The translations under genes were made by a program, and so were the position numbers. The notes under the pieces were generated by a model, which made no database searches, was not told the origin of the DNA, and saw only the letters and a program-made list of their open reading frames with translations. DNA of 64,000 nt from Lepidodermella squamata (lineage: Eukaryota; Animalia; Gastrotricha): contig JBLDXI010000009.1 of assembly GCA_047495785.1 (NCBI GenBank), forward strand, positions 2,294,001 through 2,358,000, given 5' to 3'. Of the stretch, positions 25,009-37,781 are shown piece by piece. How positions within the stretch are numbered: the first letter of the stretch is position 1; each line of letters starts with the position of its first letter.

Positions 25009-25859
25009 TCACAGCTTTTTGGTCGTCATTTTAGCTTGATATGGCGCTGGCAATTTTTTGCCCGCGACCGTCGCACTGTCCAACCACCTTTCGACGCGTT
25101 TCATACTTTCAGATGGCCGCTCTGTATATTCAATTTCGCCATCATCGCCTGAAGTCCAGTTTGGAATGCTCACTAAATAGGTGGAAATGTTTTTCGAATC
25201 TTTATTAAGGTGGATCAAAACTTACCAATCGAGCGGCTAGTTAGAGGCTGGTTTCGGCCACTTTTCCGGCTGGCCTGGTTTTGCGAGGAGTTGTTGTTAT
25301 TATTGAGCAAACCGATGTTGGAAACTTGATGCTGGTTGTTGGGTTGCGATATCACCTCAGTAACAGCCGGCTCTCCGATGGCACCATCCTGAAACTCGTC
25401 GCTACTATTTACCCCGCTGCTGCCGTTGAAGGCCGCCGCACTTTGCCGCCGTTTCGGGTGCGCGGCCGATGGGCGCAGCGAGGGTGTCTGGGTGCCGCTG
25501 TTGTTGTGATGGCCACCCTCAACCGGCCGCGGATCCTCGCCGCCACCCGTCGAACTAGCGCTGTCGTCCGATTTCGTCGATCCGATGCTGTTATTTCGAA
25601 GCCCGACCCGGGACATCATAAGCGGGTGCGCGGTTGAAGGCGCGGCTAGTACCATACCAGAGGCCATGCTATTGCTATTTCGCTGCGATCGGCGGCTACC
25701 TTGCTCAGGCGTTGTACTGGATTCGGAAAAATTTTGGACCAACAACGAATTGAAAGGCTTTGTGGCTGAGCCGGGAGTTGAGTGGTTCACGATTTTAACG
25801 TGCCCTGCCCTAACGTGTCCGCGATTCGGCGCGGTTGCTTTTGAATCTGCGATCATCAA
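25009..25859 (-). CDS. Uncharacterised Ser/Asn/Gly-rich, probably disordered protein
   Basis: GC-rich 214-aa ORF 25215-25859 plus terminal exon ~25009-25174 (IPNWTSGDDGEIEY..RVERWLDS..TKKL) joined by a short GT..AG intron. No family recognised; the 5' end is uncertain. Confidence 0.55.
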
Positions 25860-28800
25860 AGCCGTGGTTTGGCCGTTTTTTTTATAAACACCCTACGCAA
25901 TCGAAAAAAACAACCTGAATGTGAATAGCTGTTAATGAATTAGCTCAATAGAGATAGAAAAGCCGGGTCGAAATCAAGGAGCTATTGAGGCGTGAAAGGT
26001 GTCCATGTTTTGAAGGTGGATTTTTTGTCTGCAAGTGGATTGCACCGCTTTCATCTATAAGGCTGTATACTATATAGCCACATCGCATCAGGGTGGGCAA
26101 TTAGCGGCCAAAGCCTATAGCAACCCTCCATCTAGCGCGACTGAGGTGCACGATGGATTTTTTACTCCGCTATTAATCCACATGTGTCTTCTTTTGCCGC
26201 TATATAGCAGATTTATTGGTAGGTAATCATTACTTCGCTCTTTTGTTTTTTATTATTTTTTTGCCTGCTTCACTTTCAAGGCTAGAGCGTCGCCGTCGAT
26301 ATATTCTTTCTATTGGAATCTGGTTGCGTCAATATACCGGCGCAGTGCGCAATTTTTGACCGCACCGCGCACTTTTTGCCTCATTAAAAATTCATATAAA
26401 ATAAAAGATACAGCAACATGTGCGGTAAATGTTGTGTCGCACGCAGTGTATAATATCGATGAACGATGCGCGTGATTTTTGCATTTTATATATACGGTCC
26501 CCGGCCGATGAAAGTGATCGTAATGACTAAAATGAAACACATCCCACGGTATTATTTTTGCATGATGCTTGGAGGTTCATGTCGCATTGTTGTCAATATT
26601 GATGAGAAAACATTTAATATACTCCACCACGTGATCATTATCTTAAGGACCAAACCCAAGTAATTACAGCCGATTTTAAAATTAAGGAAGGCTATCCGGT
26701 GCATTTTTGGATAATTCTCTCAAAAAAATGAAAAAACTGTGTAAGGTTGAAATGCATGATTCAAAATCCATCCCGAAAATTGAATGAAAAATTATTCGAA
26801 ATCGGCTGTGATATTTTTTTGGCAGTGGCCAACTTTTTTATTGCCAACTGCCTAGGGGCGGTTCATCGGTCTTGCTATACTGCCATCCAATCGAACTTTT
26901 TACCTGAAGACTCCTATACTTCAACTTCAAATAACTGAGGCGAAAATCTGGCAAAAAGTAAACAGCGTTCTGAGGCCTGAAAAATATTGCCAGAAATGAA
27001 TAGTATGTAAATACCGATGAGCGGTGATCAACAAGCTGTTATATACAACATGAAATCGGATGTTCGAATAATCATCAATCATAAATCAGCCGCCGGTGCC
27101 GAGAGCGGATCATAATCACTTGATCCCGGAATTAGAAACGCGTTTATTTTTGCAGTATTCCCGTAAACTCTCCTCTCGCATTTTATCCAGTTCGTGGGCG
27201 TTGGTTGCGGGCTTCCATAAACCCCAACACCATCCTTATATATAAGATGGGATCGGATATATCTAGCAGGGCTTTATCTCTTGATATGATTAATGGCTTG
27301 GCGTTTGTTCAAAAATAACAGCAGCAATTTGTATCAGAAGTTGCCATTCAGGTCGATGCTGGCCATTTCAAGGTGGCAAATTTGAGATTTAATCAACGGG
27401 CGATGTCAATTGCTGCCGTCGCCCATCAATAGCCGGCGGAGATACAGGTAACGCGGCCATGTGCCATTCAGCTATGAATGCTGATCTAATCAATAGAAGG
27501 GCATGTGCTGGTTAATTTTTTTTTAATAAAATTATAAAACCACTCAAGGACGCGTCTATCGGAATTCGTCTCCCGAGATGGGCAACAATTATATTGCGCA
27601 TTTTTTATTGGAGTCGAAGATGCCGCGCATTGTTTTTTCTCTGATTATTGGGTTATTAGCAGAAATAAATGCGCGCGATATAATAAAAAACAGTCTCTCA
27701 CCGCCTCTGTGACACACGCCCTCGTTATATTAGCGGCATTTTTTACAACTACATCCCCTCATCTTTATTCAGTGTAGTGGTATATGTACAAAACAGCTGC
27801 AAATCACGGCCAAATTAAGAGCGCGTACTTGCTTGTTGCAATATTTTTCCGCATCATCACATTTTAGCAACCAAATTTAGCAATAAAAATAGAGAAAGCG
27901 TTATAAACCATCACCAAATTTTATCATTATAGCTTTTCGTCAGGTTCCACCGCAAAATTTATTCGCGATACACATCAACACCGAAAATCATGCTAAAACA
28001 TAATGTTTTCCGATCCTACTCAAATTTGCAACGAAAAAGGCACTCGGAATCGATTTTTGCCGCGGAAGCTCACACCTGCTTCAATTACAATGTCGAACTA
28101 TAAGAGTTCTCGTCCATTTCAGTTCAAACTTGAAAGAAATTATTCTTCTCAGAGGAAATAATTTCCCTTACAACTCAATTTGATCACAGACTAACTAAAT
28201 GCATATATTAATTGTGTGAAACTAGGTCATCCGCCATTCTAGATATTTAATGAATAATATATTGCCATTTTATTTTCTAAAATATTCAAAGGCATTGGAT
28301 ATTGGATTGTCGGTTCATTGAACGACCCGTAAATTTTCCGTGATTGATTTTGTGGCAGTTTTACTGTCACAGCTTTGCTCTCACTTGTAACCATTCAAAG
28401 CGGAGCTATTTTGATTATTTTGAATATTCGTTCAGTTTTCTAGGTCAAAGTTTTATTCACTAGAGAGCTAATAACAAAAGCCCGTTAGCGCTTTCTTGAG
28501 TAAATTTCCAAGTTTAAGAGTATTTTTAGGGTCAACGTTTTCTATTTATTTAGTTTCAATTTTAGCTATAATCTATTTCTTACGATATCGATTTGTAACT
28601 AGCCGATTACCGACTTCCCTCAAAACGCGGTAATCGACGCTACATATAAACCTAAAATCAACTAAGCTTTAGTCATCAGAGAATCAACTTGGCGCCATTA
28701 AACGGCTTTTATTCAATAAGTAACTGCGAAAAGTCGCGTGTTTAGTTGCGCTAATCGGCTCAATTTACATGTTAACGCAAATATTTATATAATATCGAAA

Positions 28801-29529
28801 GCCGAGTAATAAAATTCGCATTAGTTTTCGTCGCAGCAACACGCTCTTCATTACAAACAATGGATAAGTATAACACACCCTAGTTTTCGCTTATTTTTTC
28901 CAGCTGGGATGTAGCAGCCGCGCAATGGTCACTTTTACGTTGCTCTCCATTCATCGGCGTAAATTAAATTTTTGACCGTGAAAGAAAATTTACTGACCAC
29001 TTCTGCGTTTATATTATAAATTGAAAACGTACTGGCCGCGAAACTTCACACGTCCCACAATATTTTGCCGATAATGCGTGCGCCGATATATATTTATATA
29101 CACTTTTTGTCTTCGTTTCTTGACCCAACGTACAGCGCTGATGCGTGGTAAATTTTTGCGAAGCACCATATAGCATGAAAAATTGATGATCAAGCAGAAG
29201 CCACTTGATAACATAATAATTGTTTTAATCACATTCATTATTCACGCTTATTCACGTATGGCCAGCGCACAATTTTCGGTAAAAATGCTCGAGCAAAGTA
29301 CCTTCATGGAAATACCGTGCAAATTTATCGAATATTCCTGGGATGGCTCTTACCCAAGTATTAAAACTAGAACTTATAGGGATTTCTCCTAGAACCTGTT
29401 TTCAGGATTTTCTAGAATTTTTTTATATTTTCCGTAAAATCCTGTAAGAAATCGAAATTTCGTGATTGGCTTAATTGACCCACCTTTATTTTAGGTAATA
29501 ATTTATCAAGGTCAAGTAACCGCAATAAA

Positions 29530-29787
29530 ATGGCTTACGGAGCCACTGGCGCTTTGTCTGCGCAACATTTTACGAAGCACATGCGTCAACCGACCATGAA
29601 AAAGCATTCACAAGGTAACTATCGAATATTCGGTTCGCGTTCTCAATTTATTACTAATTTATTACAGCTCGAAAATCGCAGATGGACCCAGAAGCCGTTG
29701 TCTTGCTAACGGGAAACTTCTTTCAGAGAACGGCGACTCGGATTCGAATGCAAATTAAAGCTTTGATAAATCGGGATTCAAAATCAA
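29530..29787 (+). CDS. Candidate alternative N-terminal exons (1a + cassette) of the KChIP gene
   Basis: aaaATG at 29530, 85-nt exon MAYGATGALSAQHF.. ending in a phase-1 donor (caag|gtaact), then a 120-nt phase1/phase1 open exon 29668-29787. Confidence 0.5.
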
Positions 29788-30366
29788 GTGAGATTTTTTC
29801 CTATCAAGTCTGTCTCTGTCCGTCTTTAGCTGAAATGCATGTCTAGTACGGGGCTAATTTCTCGGCAAGTGGACGTGATGGCATTTTGAGCGTTATAATC
29901 TCCAAAACTTGTAAACAAGTAAATACGCGATTTTCGTATAAAAATAACGTTATATGGAAATGAGAGAGAGCGGCAAAAAAGTTGCCGATTTGTGTTATTT
30001 TACTCTAAATGCCCGGCGATGGAAAAACAAAATTGCAACCACACCGGATGCGACGAAGCATTTCCGATCGTCGTGACTTGACTAGCGGTTGCTAATTTGT
30101 GTCCGCGCGCGCGCGTCTCGTTATGCGCGTATACTATAAAAATAATAACAAAGACGCGCGCGCTTTTTTGAACGCGCAAAATAATAAAACGAATACTACT
30201 TCTTGGTTTTAAAGCGTTTGTAATAACATCTCGTTCATAGCATTTCCATAAGAGCATCGACTTTTTTCAAGTTGGCAGCTCGAGTTACCTTAGCTGCACT
30301 TGCTAAACCGTGCCATTTCTTAAGCTATAATTATACAACAAATTTTGCGAAAAATATACCGCAAAA

Positions 30367-30868
30367 ATGTCGTTCGGGTTTAACGCTATGTACGGTATAC
30401 AAATGAAGGAGATGCCCGAGGTGAGGCGGTCACACTCGGTGCGTTCACGGGGTCAGCGGGCCGTGGCCGCGCGCAAGGCGCACATGGCCGGTCGCACCAA
30501 CTCAGCGCCTATGCGGCCGAACGCTTCAATGCCAGTTTTTTCGCACTTGCAAAAGCCGCTCAGCTCACTAGCCGAAGACGGCGACGGCTCAACAGGCGCG
30601 GAGGGTGTTGGTTACGACAGCATTTCTGACGCTGGTGGCGGTTTGGTTCTACTGCCAAATCGAACTCGCCATGTGTCGAGTGGTTCCAGTAATGACCAGG
30701 CGTTTGTGGCAGAACCTGCGCCTGGGCCTGGGGCTTGCTATTGCCGGAACGATTCGGCGGCGAATCAAAGCTCAGCGACGCGTGACATGGACTCAGTTGG
30801 CAAATGGCGGCGTCGATTCCGTCGCGTATGGGCCATTATTACGAGGCATGACCCAGAAAGTGATTTCG
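30367..30868 (+). CDS. Candidate alternative first exon 1b of the KChIP gene
   Basis: aaaaATG, 502-nt GC-rich open exon MSFGFNAMYG..WRRRFRRVWAII..ESDF ending ttcg|gtaatt (phase 1, matches the acceptor at 36489). Confidence 0.65.
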
Positions 30869-32325
30869 GTAATTTTTGAAAGGATCCTAAAATCATTTTA
30901 CGAATTTTAAGAATTTTATTGACTCATTTGAAATCGAATTAATGATAGACTGGCTATAATTTAATAAATTTTGAAATTATTAAATTATTATTGGATCAAT
31001 AATTCAATGAATTGAAATAATTGAAAATCGATTTCAACTATAGTTCCGGATTGTGAACACCAAGGTGTGTGATTCGCTGTTCATAGCCAATAAATATTTC
31101 TGCCCTTTGAAGTCTATTTGGCTGTACTTTCTTGAACGTCTTGTTTGGCTAGCGTTAAATAGAAAAAGTACTTACATCCTATATTATTATTGTATGTCCT
31201 TTTGTCACTTGATAGAAAAATACAGGGCTATTAGTTTCCAATATTTTGGCCGCTCTCATTCTATTATTTCGATTTATTATAAGCGTAGATACTGTTTCGA
31301 AGTTTCTCCTCACGCATGTGCTTGTGTAATAATAATTTACCAGCCATCCGCTACTTTTTAAAATATATACCTAGCCTCTTGTAGCCTGCTAATATCCGTC
31401 GCTAGGCAAATATAAGAAATCATCGGAAGTCGATATTCACAAAAAAATAAATACCTTTGCCTTCTGCAAACATGGAAACACGCAATTACCGGTTGGTTTT
31501 CTTCCGTCTTCAGTACTTTACTATAACCCAGCCAGACTTTCGCTTTCTTCCTATTATTAACATTCGGCGCACTAGGATCCTATTCCTAAATGATCGGCTG
31601 TCAATTTTTCAGTGCTGTTTCTCTCTCATATCAGCTCTTGACAGCAACTAGTATGATGAACAATCTGCGGTAGATACTGCTCGGTATTAATATTACAGCT
31701 CCGCATTTTTTCAGCGAAAAATTTGGCTATGCATGCATGTTTACGCCAGATATTCGTCTTCGTTAATAATTGCGACATTATTCAACTATTTTTTAATCTA
31801 TAACCAAAACTCGAGAGCGCATTCAAAGAGCTAATTTCCAAGGCAGAGGCGGCGGAAGATGCGATAATTTTGCCTTCTTTTCTTCCATCAATATGCGATA
31901 AAATTGTAGTATAGCGTTTTGATTGAAAGAGGCCCGGGCGTAAATAATAATAATAATAATGACTTACGCGCGCGCAATTTTCAAAGTGACCTCTATAGAA
32001 AAAGCGCGCTTTTCGCCTCACATCAATGTCAGACGGGCGCCGATGTGCGTTTCGCTGCCGGCAGTTGCTTTTAAGTGGCTGTCGCTTCATTATAAGAGGA
32101 ACCCGCGCGACGGGTTCTAATGACGCCGCTTCCGCGTTTGCAAAAATAACTTGACAACATTCAAATTACAGGTCCCAGGGCGCTGTTGTATTTAAAGCTA
32201 AGCCACACAAACTGTTATTTGCTTTATTTACCAGAAATCGAAGCTTCTTATTTTCTTTCGCTGTAAAAATCCGTTTTAATCTTTTCCTCCAGACTTTTTT
32301 CGTGTTGCACTGAAATAAAATAAAA

Positions 32326-32599
32326 ATGGCGTTCGGCATGGTGAGCACGGTGGATGTTGGCTCGTCGCTGCCGCCGATACCTATTTTTATAAGGAGTCCA
32401 AATTTTCCGGCGCGTCGTCGCCGATCAGCGCGCCGTTTTACGACCAATGAATTTGCTGTTGTTGTCGAGCACCAACAGCCGATACCGCGCCTTGTTGCGC
32501 ACGTGCGACGGGCCGCGACCAATGCGGTTAATTGCTTACGCGGACGGCCACCTATTAGCGACGAAACCACAACTGATGATCAGGAATCACCGACGAAAC
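32326..32599 (+). CDS. Candidate alternative first exon 1c of the KChIP gene
   Basis: aaaaATG, 274-nt exon MAFGMVSTVDVG.. ending aaac|gtaggt (phase 1). Confidence 0.6.
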
Positions 32600-32700
32600 G
32601 TAGGTTTTTCTATAACCGAGTCAGTGTCGAATCGCGGACGAAACGAGAGGAATAATCATATTAGGGTCATATTGTTACCAAATAGATAATTCGCCAAAAA

Positions 32701-32880
32701 ACGGTAACTGCGCAGAACAGCGAATGCGACAAAACAGCAACTTTTTTAATTCGCGACAAAGCAGCGATTACTTACTATTCAAAAGATGCAACGTGTTTCT
32801 GCTGTTATGTCGCAATTGAAAAATTTGCTGTTTTGTCGCTTTTGTTGTTTTGGGACATGGTTTTGGGTGCCAATGACCGT
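32701..32880. mobile_element. 180-bp MITE/foldback-like element
   Basis: Termini acggtaactg / caatgaccgt; internal inverted repeat gcgacaaaacagcaa (32726) vs ttgctgttttgtcgc (~32825); further gcgacaaa-type subrepeats. Confidence 0.6.
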
Positions 32881-34772
32881 TTTTAATATTCTTTCGTCAT
32901 TAATTATCAACAATCCAAACAAAAACTATAAAATAATGAATTTTTTCTTTTTTTTATAATTAAACAAAATCTTTTGAAAATTGCCATTTTTCATGGCTTG
33001 AGTTTGGTTCCGCTAAAGTGAATTTTGATCCAGCATCGGGCGAATTTGATTCCACTTGAAGATATTTTGATCATGTTATATCTGTAAATTTCTTTCGAAA
33101 CTACTAAACCCTGATTACCAGTCAAATTCTTTCGATTTTTTCGATAATATCCTTCATCCTTCTTGTTCAAATAAGTACTTATCGGCGGTCGATATTTTGC
33201 GATAAAAGTGTCTCTAAGCACTATGGGGTGATATTTCCTCGGCATCTCCCGCTGTTTTCATCATCTTCATCATCGTAAGACAGCCTCATTAAGAAACCGA
33301 TATAAAGCCTATACCTTGATAGGATTATATCGCTTCATCGATTTGAACTGCTCTTCACCTGGTTATAGCAAGCCTGTCATTATATAATTTGTACCGCGCG
33401 GCTCTAATATCATTTTTATTGCTTTATATTAATGTTATCACGAGCAATGCAGCGATTTTTGACTGTGATAAGCCTCGATACGCTTGATTTGAGCGTGGCT
33501 GGGTCAAGTGAAGCCGATATAACGCGAGTGCATTGTTCAGACAGCAACTTGAAGCCGATATCAGCGCTTGATTGTGAGCGGTTTTTTTTCGTTGTTGCTA
33601 TTATAATACGTGTATCATGGCGCATCATAACATTTCCATCTCGCTATAACAAGCATAACAACATTTTCTCTCGATATGTACAAGATACTTTCCTAATTGG
33701 TGCGATGTGCTAGAAATGATGCGTCGTCTGCGGAAAGGTAGTATTTTCTCCAAATTTCCATAAAAATTCCTAAATTTTACTGATTAAATAAATATTCGAT
33801 TGAAGGAACTTCCTGTTATTAATCGATTTTTTTGCATGGTCTTGCATGCACTTAACCATTAGATGAACGTAAAACTAACCTAATCTCTGCTCTAATATAC
33901 TTCGATCTTCAACTTTTTCAAGTTTCAAAATACTAAATTTGCATGTCTGGTGTTAGATTTTCTGGTGTGAAAACAATTTTTGCTATTATTCAAAACCTTT
34001 CGCAAGAGGTGCTATTGATTGAGATATTAATCGATTTTCGCTCTAGGCTAGACAGAGTCAATTGTCATAGTATCACTCGTTCAAATTAAACAGCTCCCCC
34101 GACGGCTATCGGCCATATAATCTAACTGATTAGCAATTTATATTATTTGAACGGCATAATTTAACAGATATATGGGTAATTTTATTCGAAGCATAAGTAT
34201 TCCAGCTTGACTTTTGCTAATGATATTAGGACAAACAACGCTTCCTTAATCAGGTGCTGAAATTAGGATTTGTATATTAAAGAATCGCGTCTATTTGGCA
34301 TTTTACTAACCGTAATAATATCTGTTGGCGCTTAGTATTTTTTCGACGTTTTGCTATAAAGTGCAATAATAGCTGTAATGATAACAAGCATTTGTTATAT
34401 GTGTTGTATTTAAAATCGAACGCTGTTAGATACGCGATGCGCGCGCGCGCGCGAAAAGCCGCGATCGCAGGCGTTTTTATCGCGCGCGTTCAGACAGACA
34501 GACGGACGTGATAAAGGGCTATAAAGCCGACACAGCTTAGTGCATCGATAGCCGCCGCCGCCGTAGCAGATTATATTTTGAAAACCGCATATAGCCTGTT
34601 TATCAAAGCGAAACACCAGCTTATAGCCGCGAAAAAATCCATCATTACTAAGGATCTTTTTTCAGTTTTCACTCGATTATCTGTGCGATTCTTATTTCAT
34701 CATCATCGATTTTAAATCGAACACCTTGTTTTGGCTTCTTTGAACGCAAACAGCTCGGAAAATTGATATTAA

Positions 34773-34815
34773 ATGGCAACCGTGGTGAAAGCTTCTGTTC
34801 GAATCACGAGCTCAC
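34773..34815 (+). CDS. Candidate short alternative first exon 1d of the KChIP gene
   Basis: aaATG, 43 nt MATVVKASVRITSS ending in a strong donor c|gtaagc (phase 1), downstream of a CGCG-rich patch with TATAAA (~34520). Confidence 0.55.
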
Positions 34816-36488
34816 GTAAGCAACTTGTACTTTTTTATCGCTAAAAATTCGCCGATAAGCTTAGCCTTGGTTTATAACTATAATAAAATATGGCCGATGA
34901 TGAAACAGCGTCCAATGCGACCTTCCGTGAGTTACATAGGCCTAATTTTATTAATTTCACACTAATTTCCGGGAAGTAATAGAAATTTTTGGTACAAATT
35001 ATTTCTTCGTTAGCAGTAAAATAAATAAACCAGTCTGGTACCTTGTGTAAAATAAATATTGCAATTATTATTATTTTATTGAGGTAAGCCACGTTTTCGC
35101 TTATTATGTTTATACTAGGGCAAGGCGCCACGCTGCATCCCATAAATATTTTAGGCTGCGTTACCTAAGGCTACCAAACTGACCGACTTCTAAGTTAAGG
35201 AATTCCTATTCAATAACAATATGATGTCGATATAGAAGGCGAAAGCTGCTGATATATTATAAAGGTACTAATATCGCTGCTTCTCATGAATATCAGATAG
35301 CCGAATAACACATTGATACATCGAAGATATTGAATTCGATATATCTTACTGTAAAAACACCGTTTAAAATAAATAAAAATGCGACTCGTGACATATGCAT
35401 TAAAGGCGTCAATCCACTCGACGGTGCAAATTTTCTCTTGATCCTATCGCTTCCTTGCTATATTGCGCATTTTCCGATGGCCTAAATGTGCGAGTATCAG
35501 TATTAGCTTTTTTTCTCTACATTTTCCGATTTCGCATGTCAAAACATCGCCTTTGTGGTATGTAGTTATCAATGGGCATTGGAGCATTAACTGCGCAATT
35601 GCCCAGGTTTGGCGAAAAACCGTCCACAGGTGTGTATTTCGTTTTTTTCTTTTCATCGCAGCTCAAGCGTAAAATTATTATTTACGCACCTTTGAGTAGT
35701 ATAGGGATATGCAATCAAAATAAGCTTGACCCAAAAAGTATTTAATTTCTTACATATACGTCCAATATTAGGTTTCAGGGATTTAAAATTTAAAATAGAG
35801 TGAGTCAAGTCTCAATCGATTACTATAGGATTTCAAAAATTATCGAAAAATTAATACCATTAATGGTCTGATTTGGATATTATTCGCGTGAGGGGACGCG
35901 TCGCTTGGGTGTTGAAAATACTTTGCCGCGACAAAAATGATCGGGTGAAAGTCTATACTTACAATGTGGCGTTTTGTTTCCCGCCACATATTATTTACTT
36001 ACAAACCCAGCAACCGAAACGGGCGGCTGTGTGCCGTCGCGTTTCGCGCGTTGCGTCGGGCCGGGCTCTATTTTTGACGCGCGTAAAATGGGCGCGCGCG
36101 CGCTTGTGCTAAAATGCGCGTTATAATAACATTATTAGCCGCGCTTTGTTATTTATTTGTTCTTGAATCATCAGTAGCGTTGTTAATATGCGTCCTGTGC
36201 TGATGCGAACGACAGCCCTATAGTTCTCTGGTTTTATTAGCTCTAATCATCGCCATCTTCTACAATTTCAATGCAAGAAAAATTTTCCGCATATCATTAA
36301 AAACCAGCAAATTCATTCATAAAAAAAATGCTGCCGGTTCTCCACTTGCCGAAAAATATGCCCTTTTCCCTGTAACCGAAATTTTCCGCTTTGAAAATGT
36401 GAGAATGTTTTTTCAATGTTTTGTTATTGTCTAATGATCGAATTTTTCCGCGGAATTTTACATTTTATTTTATCAATTTTTTCACCAG

Positions 36489-37353
36489 ACCTCGAGGCGG
36501 ACGATTCGGGGATGCAGACGAATCGCCATAAGCCCGAGTCGATCGATACGCTCGTGAAGATGACCAATTTCACTAAACAAGAACTGCAACTCATGTACCG
36601 CGGCTTTAAACAACACTGCCCGTCAGGCATGGTCAGCGAAGATACCTTCAAGGACATATTCGCGCACTTTTTCCCTCAAGGAGGTGGGCTGAAAACGTAA
36701 TTTACGCCTTAACTCGGGTTAATTTGAGCTTTTTTCCAGATTCTGATGAATATGCGCATCTAGTTTTCCGAATTTTCGACACATCGAAAACAGGAATGGT
36801 TACATTTGAGGTCAGCTTACAATTTTGATATTTTTTCGAAAATATTGAAATTTTAAATTAAAACTTATTTTTTTCTTTAAATTTTCATTCTGTTTGATTT
36901 TTTATTTTCGATGATAATTTAAATTTAATTTTTAAATTATAATTAAATTTAATTTTTTGTTAATTTTATTCATATAGCAATTTGTGATGGCGTTGTCGAT
37001 ATTGTCGCGCGGCTCAACGGACGACCGGTTAAGGTGGACCTTTACGCTTTATGACGTCAATAAAGACGGCTTTATTACGCGCGATGACATGCAACGCGTT
37101 GTATCGTCCGTTTATCACATGATGGGCAAGTGGTGCGCGCCTAACGTCGACGACAACATCATCGAATCTCACGTGGATTACGTCTTCCAAAAAATGGACC
37201 TAAATAAAGACGGCATGATCACGCTAGAAGAATTTATGATCAGCTGTAAACAGGTTTGCTGATATAAATTTTTTTTAAATTTACACGAATTTTTCTTTAA
37301 TTTAGGACGAAAATATTATTCGATCGATGACTTCTCTTGATACAGTGCTGTGA
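36489..37353 (+). CDS. KCNIP: Kv channel-interacting protein (KChIP/calsenilin-type neuronal calcium sensor), core EF-hand exons
   Basis: HKPESIDTLVKMTNFTKQELQLMYRGFKQHCPSGMVSEDTFKDIFAHFFPQG; YAHLVFRIFD; LSILSRGSTDDRLRWTFTLYDVNKDGFITRDD; MDLNKDGMITLEEF; DENIIRSM..DTVL. These are diagnostic of the KChIP subfamily. Exons 36489-36682, 36740-36810, 36978-37253, 37306-37353. Confidence 0.93.
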
Positions 37354-37781
37354 TGGAATAAGATCGTTGGCCATGCGGGATCTCTTCCAGGCGGTGCTTC
37401 GACCATCAAGACACCCTTCAACATTGATTTTATGCACTTGAGTGAAACCTCGCGAATAATTTTGAGAATTCTCTGACGGCAGAGCCAACAATAATTTTCA
37501 CTTGGAAACTCGAATCTTTCAAATTTGTAAAGAATAATTATATCAATTTGTAATCGTTAAAAGTTCTTGTACCTAGGTAATTACTGCCAACTTTTTTGTG
37601 TGCCTCTGATTAACTCGATTATTTTATTGTGTTTTATTTTGCTCGTTTCGTCTGCATTTCTCGTACAATAGAAAATTTGAGAACAATCTTATAGGCGCAA
37701 AAATTGTTTATTATATTATTATTTTATCGCTGATTATGAGGAAAGGAAATAAAGAATAATTCTCTTCATTTAATCGATTAA

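Noticed and set aside
21400-29000. Many short ORFs in the long upstream region of the PAN and KChIP genes
   Set aside because: Composition is typical of non-coding AT-rich or CG-patch DNA, with no domain or splice support except those listed.
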